From Candidatus Zixiibacteriota bacterium (GTDB taxonomy: Bacteria; Zixibacteria; MSB-5A5; UBA10806; 4484-95): a stretch of DNA of 64,000 nt. This document shows positions 60,429 to 64,000 of the stretch, in pieces (within the stretch, counting starts at the first letter, position 1; each line of letters opens with the position of its first letter). The translations under genes were made by a program, and so were the position numbers. The DNA is taken from positions 128,001-192,000 of the forward strand of contig JBBIRK010000005.1 in the NCBI GenBank assembly GCA_037441845.1, in the 5' to 3' direction. The notes beneath the pieces were generated by a model that saw only the letters and a program-made list of their open reading frames with translations, ran no database searches and was not told the origin of the DNA.

Positions 60429-61745
60429 TCATTCCAGCCGGCTGCTTATAATTTCCGCCAGCTCCGAAATTTTATGCCTTGTTTGCGCCATGCTGTCACG
60501 CTCGCGCAGGGTGACGGTCTCATCTTGAAGCGATTGGCCGTCAACGGTTATACAATACGGCGTTCCGGCCTCATCCATTCGCCGATAGCGTCTGCCCACG
60601 GCGCCGGAGTCGTCATAAAACACTTTGAAACGCTTTTTAAGATCGTGGTAGATCTTTTGAGCCAGCTCCGGCATGCCATCGCGATTGACAAGAGGAAATA
60701 CGGCCGCCTTTATCGGAGCAATTTTGGGTGAAAGCGCAAGCGATACCCGAGTTTCACCTTTCACCTCTTCCTCGCGGTAGGCATCGGCAAGACAAACCAA
60801 GGTGGTGCGGTCGGCTCCAGCGGAGGTTTCTATAATATAGGGGATGAACCGCGTCTTGGTTTGATCATCATAATACGAAAGGTCTTTGCCTGAACTTTCC
60901 TTGTGGCGGCTCAAGTCGAAATCGGTGCGGTTGTGGATTCCTTCGATTTCTTTCCAGCCGAACGAAAATTCATATTCTATGTCGAACGCCTTCTTTGCAT
61001 AATGCGCAAGCTCTTCTCTAGTATGTTGATGCCATCGTAATTTCTGCGGCCTGATTCCGAGATCAAGATACCATTGCCAGCGTTGTTCACGCCAATAAGC
61101 GAACCACTTTTCGTCCTCAGCCGGATTTATGAAATACTGCATTTCCATCTGCTCGAACTCGCGGGTGCGGAAAATGAAATTCCCCGGGGTTATCTCATTT
61201 CGAAACGCTTTGCCTATCTGGGCGATTCCGAACGGTATTTTCTGCCTTGACGGCCCCTGGACATTCAGGAAATTGACATAAATGCCCTGGGCCGTTTCCG
61301 GACGTAGATAGACGACGGCCGCTTCATCCTCGACCGGCCCCATGAAGGTCTTGAACATCAGATTGAAATTGCGCGGCTCGGTCAATTCGCCGCCGCAGTC
61401 CGGGCATTTGTCGCCATCGATTTGATCGGCCCGGAATCGATGTTTACATTTTTTGCAGTCAACCAACGGGTCGGTGAACCCATCGACATGTCCCGAGGCT
61501 TTCCACACCTGGGGCGCCATAAGTATGGCCGCATCTATGCCTTCGATATCATCGCGGCGGTGAGTCATAGCCTCCCACCAGAATCGCTTGATATTGTTTT
61601 TCAGCTCCACCCCGAGTGGTCCGTAATCCCAACATGAACCCAGTCCACCGTATATTTCCGAGGATTGAAACACGAAACCGCGCCGCTTGCAAAGCGCCAC
61701 CAATTTATCCATCAACGGATCTACGTTATCTTTATTTTTCGCCAT
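60429..61745 (-). CDS. glyQS: Glycine--tRNA ligase, alpha2 type
   Basis: [51 protein letters not shown]. Confidence 0.97.
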   Translation of the reverse strand: MAKNKDNVDPLMDKLVALCKRRGFVFQSSEIYGGLGSCWDYGPLGVELKNNIKRFWWEAMTHRRDDIEGIDAAILMAPQVWKASGHVDGFTDPLVDCKKCKHRFRADQIDGDKCPDCGGELTEPRNFNLMFKTFMGPVEDEAAVVYLRPETAQGIYVNFLNVQGPSRQKIPFGIAQIGKAFRNEITPGNFIFRTREFEQMEMQYFINPAEDEKWFAYWREQRWQWYLDLGIRPQKLRWHQHTREELAHYAKKAFDIEYEFSFGWKEIEGIHNRTDFDLSRHKESSGKDLSYYDDQTKTRFIPYIIETSAGADRTTLVCLADAYREEEVKGETRVSLALSPKIAPIKAAVFPLVNRDGMPELAQKIYHDLKKRFKVFYDDSGAVGRRYRRMDEAGTPYCITVDGQSLQDETVTLRERDSMAQTRHKISELAEIISSRLE

Positions 61746-61766
61746 CGCTCCTCCGAGTTGAATTAC

Positions 61767-62528
61767 CTATAGCTGCGCCAAAAATCTAAGCGATTTAAGA
61801 TTAGGGCGCAATCCAATATGATAATCGGCGAATGAAAACAGAAACTGCTCACATTCCCGGCTGGTGTCGGCATCGAGTTTCATGTCGGTGATTTTTTCAA
61901 GAGGCAGACCGGCCATGGATTTCAATGCGGCCAGCGCCGCTGCCGATAAACGAGGCGCTTTTTCGTCTTTGGCAAGATCCTTAGTGCAAATTATACCACC
62001 GACTTTGGGTAAGTAATATGCCGATCGTCCCCGATTTTCCTTGCCGCATACCGAGCAGACGTTCAATTCGGGATTGTAACCCAGAATAGCCAGATATTTC
62101 AAAAAAAAGCAATAAAACAATATCTTCATGACCTCAGGCGGAGACTTGCCTGCAACTGATAAAAAATCAATCAGAAGTTCAAACAGCCCGGATATCGGCT
62201 GATTGATTTGAGTGCCCTTGTCGATTATTTCGCAAATCGCCGATGCATAGCCGAATTTTTCGGGTTCCGCGGCGATAAAGCCGTAATCGTGGATTGCATC
62301 ATAACCGGACAGCGTGCCTAATTCGCTGTTTTCGCGGGCATATATCTGGCAATCGATCAACGAGAAAAGCCCGGGCGGACCGCCACTTTTTTTTTGAAAT
62401 TTCTTTGCGCCTCGGGCGATGCATTTGATTTTGCCGGCCTGCGCGGAAAAAATTGTCAATATTCTTGAACTTTCCCCGGTGGAGAATGCGCGAATTACGA
62501 TTCCCCTGATCCAGAAGCGGGACATCAC
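61767..62528 (-). CDS. recO: DNA repair protein RecO
   Basis: GESSRIL, GKIKCIARGA, LGYNPEL.CxxC. Confidence 0.9.
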   Translation of the reverse strand: MMSRFWIRGIVIRAFSTGESSRILTIFSAQAGKIKCIARGAKKFQKKSGGPPGLFSLIDCQIYARENSELGTLSGYDAIHDYGFIAAEPEKFGYASAICEIIDKGTQINQPISGLFELLIDFLSVAGKSPPEVMKILFYCFFLKYLAILGYNPELNVCSVCGKENRGRSAYYLPKVGGIICTKDLAKDEKAPRLSAAALAALKSMAGLPLEKITDMKLDADTSRECEQFLFSFADYHIGLRPNLKSLRFLAQL

Positions 62529-62875
62529 TTGCTGGTGTCGGCGGTCGTCGTGAATTGTATGACTTTCACATCCGGCCGGGCGTAAACGAAATGTTCGGAG
62601 GCATAAAGACAGATATAACTCGAATCCGACTTCAATTTATCGATCTCCCACTGGCTGTCGATCGCCTGAACCTTGAGTCTCTTGATTTCCTGTTTGTAGG
62701 CCTTAATATCGGCCTTCAATCGATATATTTTTATCAGTCCGTAATCACCCCTGGCGAAAAGCACGATAAGAAATACGACCAGGGTGATAATCAGAGATTT
62801 CTTCAGAAGGCTCGGTGATTTTTTTTCCTTTACTTTTTGCGAGAAAGTCTTCGATACTCTAGGAAGTTCCCGCAT
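62525..62875 (-). CDS. ftsB: Septum formation initiator (FtsB/DivIC)
   Basis: Single TM, GDYGL, coiled coil; directly downstream of eno. Confidence 0.75.
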   Translation of the reverse strand: MRELPRVSKTFSQKVKEKKSPSLLKKSLIITLVVFLIVLFARGDYGLIKIYRLKADIKAYKQEIKRLKVQAIDSQWEIDKLKSDSSYICLYASEHFVYARPDVKVIQFTTTADTSK

Positions 62876-62885
62876 TTCCCCTCCT

Positions 62886-64000
<1,115 letters not shown>

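Overview
Gene-dense bacterial chromosome segment, mostly on the minus strand, with no mobile element, CRISPR array, rRNA or tRNA that I can support. An M6 protease with a C-terminal dockerin, a PorX-type REC-PglZ regulator, selenocysteine machinery and alpha2-type GlyRS suggest an FCB-group anaerobe such as Zixibacteria (inference). Contents in order: partial rnr; a selD(Sec)-selA-selB-amidohydrolase-nitroreductase-like operon; degP; a four-subunit 2-oxoacid:ferredoxin oxidoreductase; small/DUF4388 hypothetical genes; a long run from a polysaccharide cluster (wza/wzz, wbpB/D/E/I-like, MurJ-like flippase, two GT4s, gmhB, epimerase, fused PGT) through serS, a histidine kinase, porX, tsaE, tsaB, rimI, accD, folC and uvrB; a GDP-mannose synthesis fusion; ctpA; tmk; an inositol-lipid cluster; rsmI; ssb; DUF2723; tolB-pal-cpoB; the M6 protease; glyQS; recO; ftsB; partial eno. 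Best leads: (1) UGA-recoded SelD with a visible SECIS hairpin, missed by the ORF track; (2) a fusion of the two unrelated phosphoglycosyl-transferase superfamilies with a degenerate monotopic domain; (3) a PorY-like kinase overlapping porX; (4) a monocistronic zinc-ribbon small protein that may be a bL38-like ribosomal protein; (5) an inositol-lipid cluster near mannosylation genes; (6) two probable ATT start codons. All family calls come from motif recognition by eye; no searches were run.
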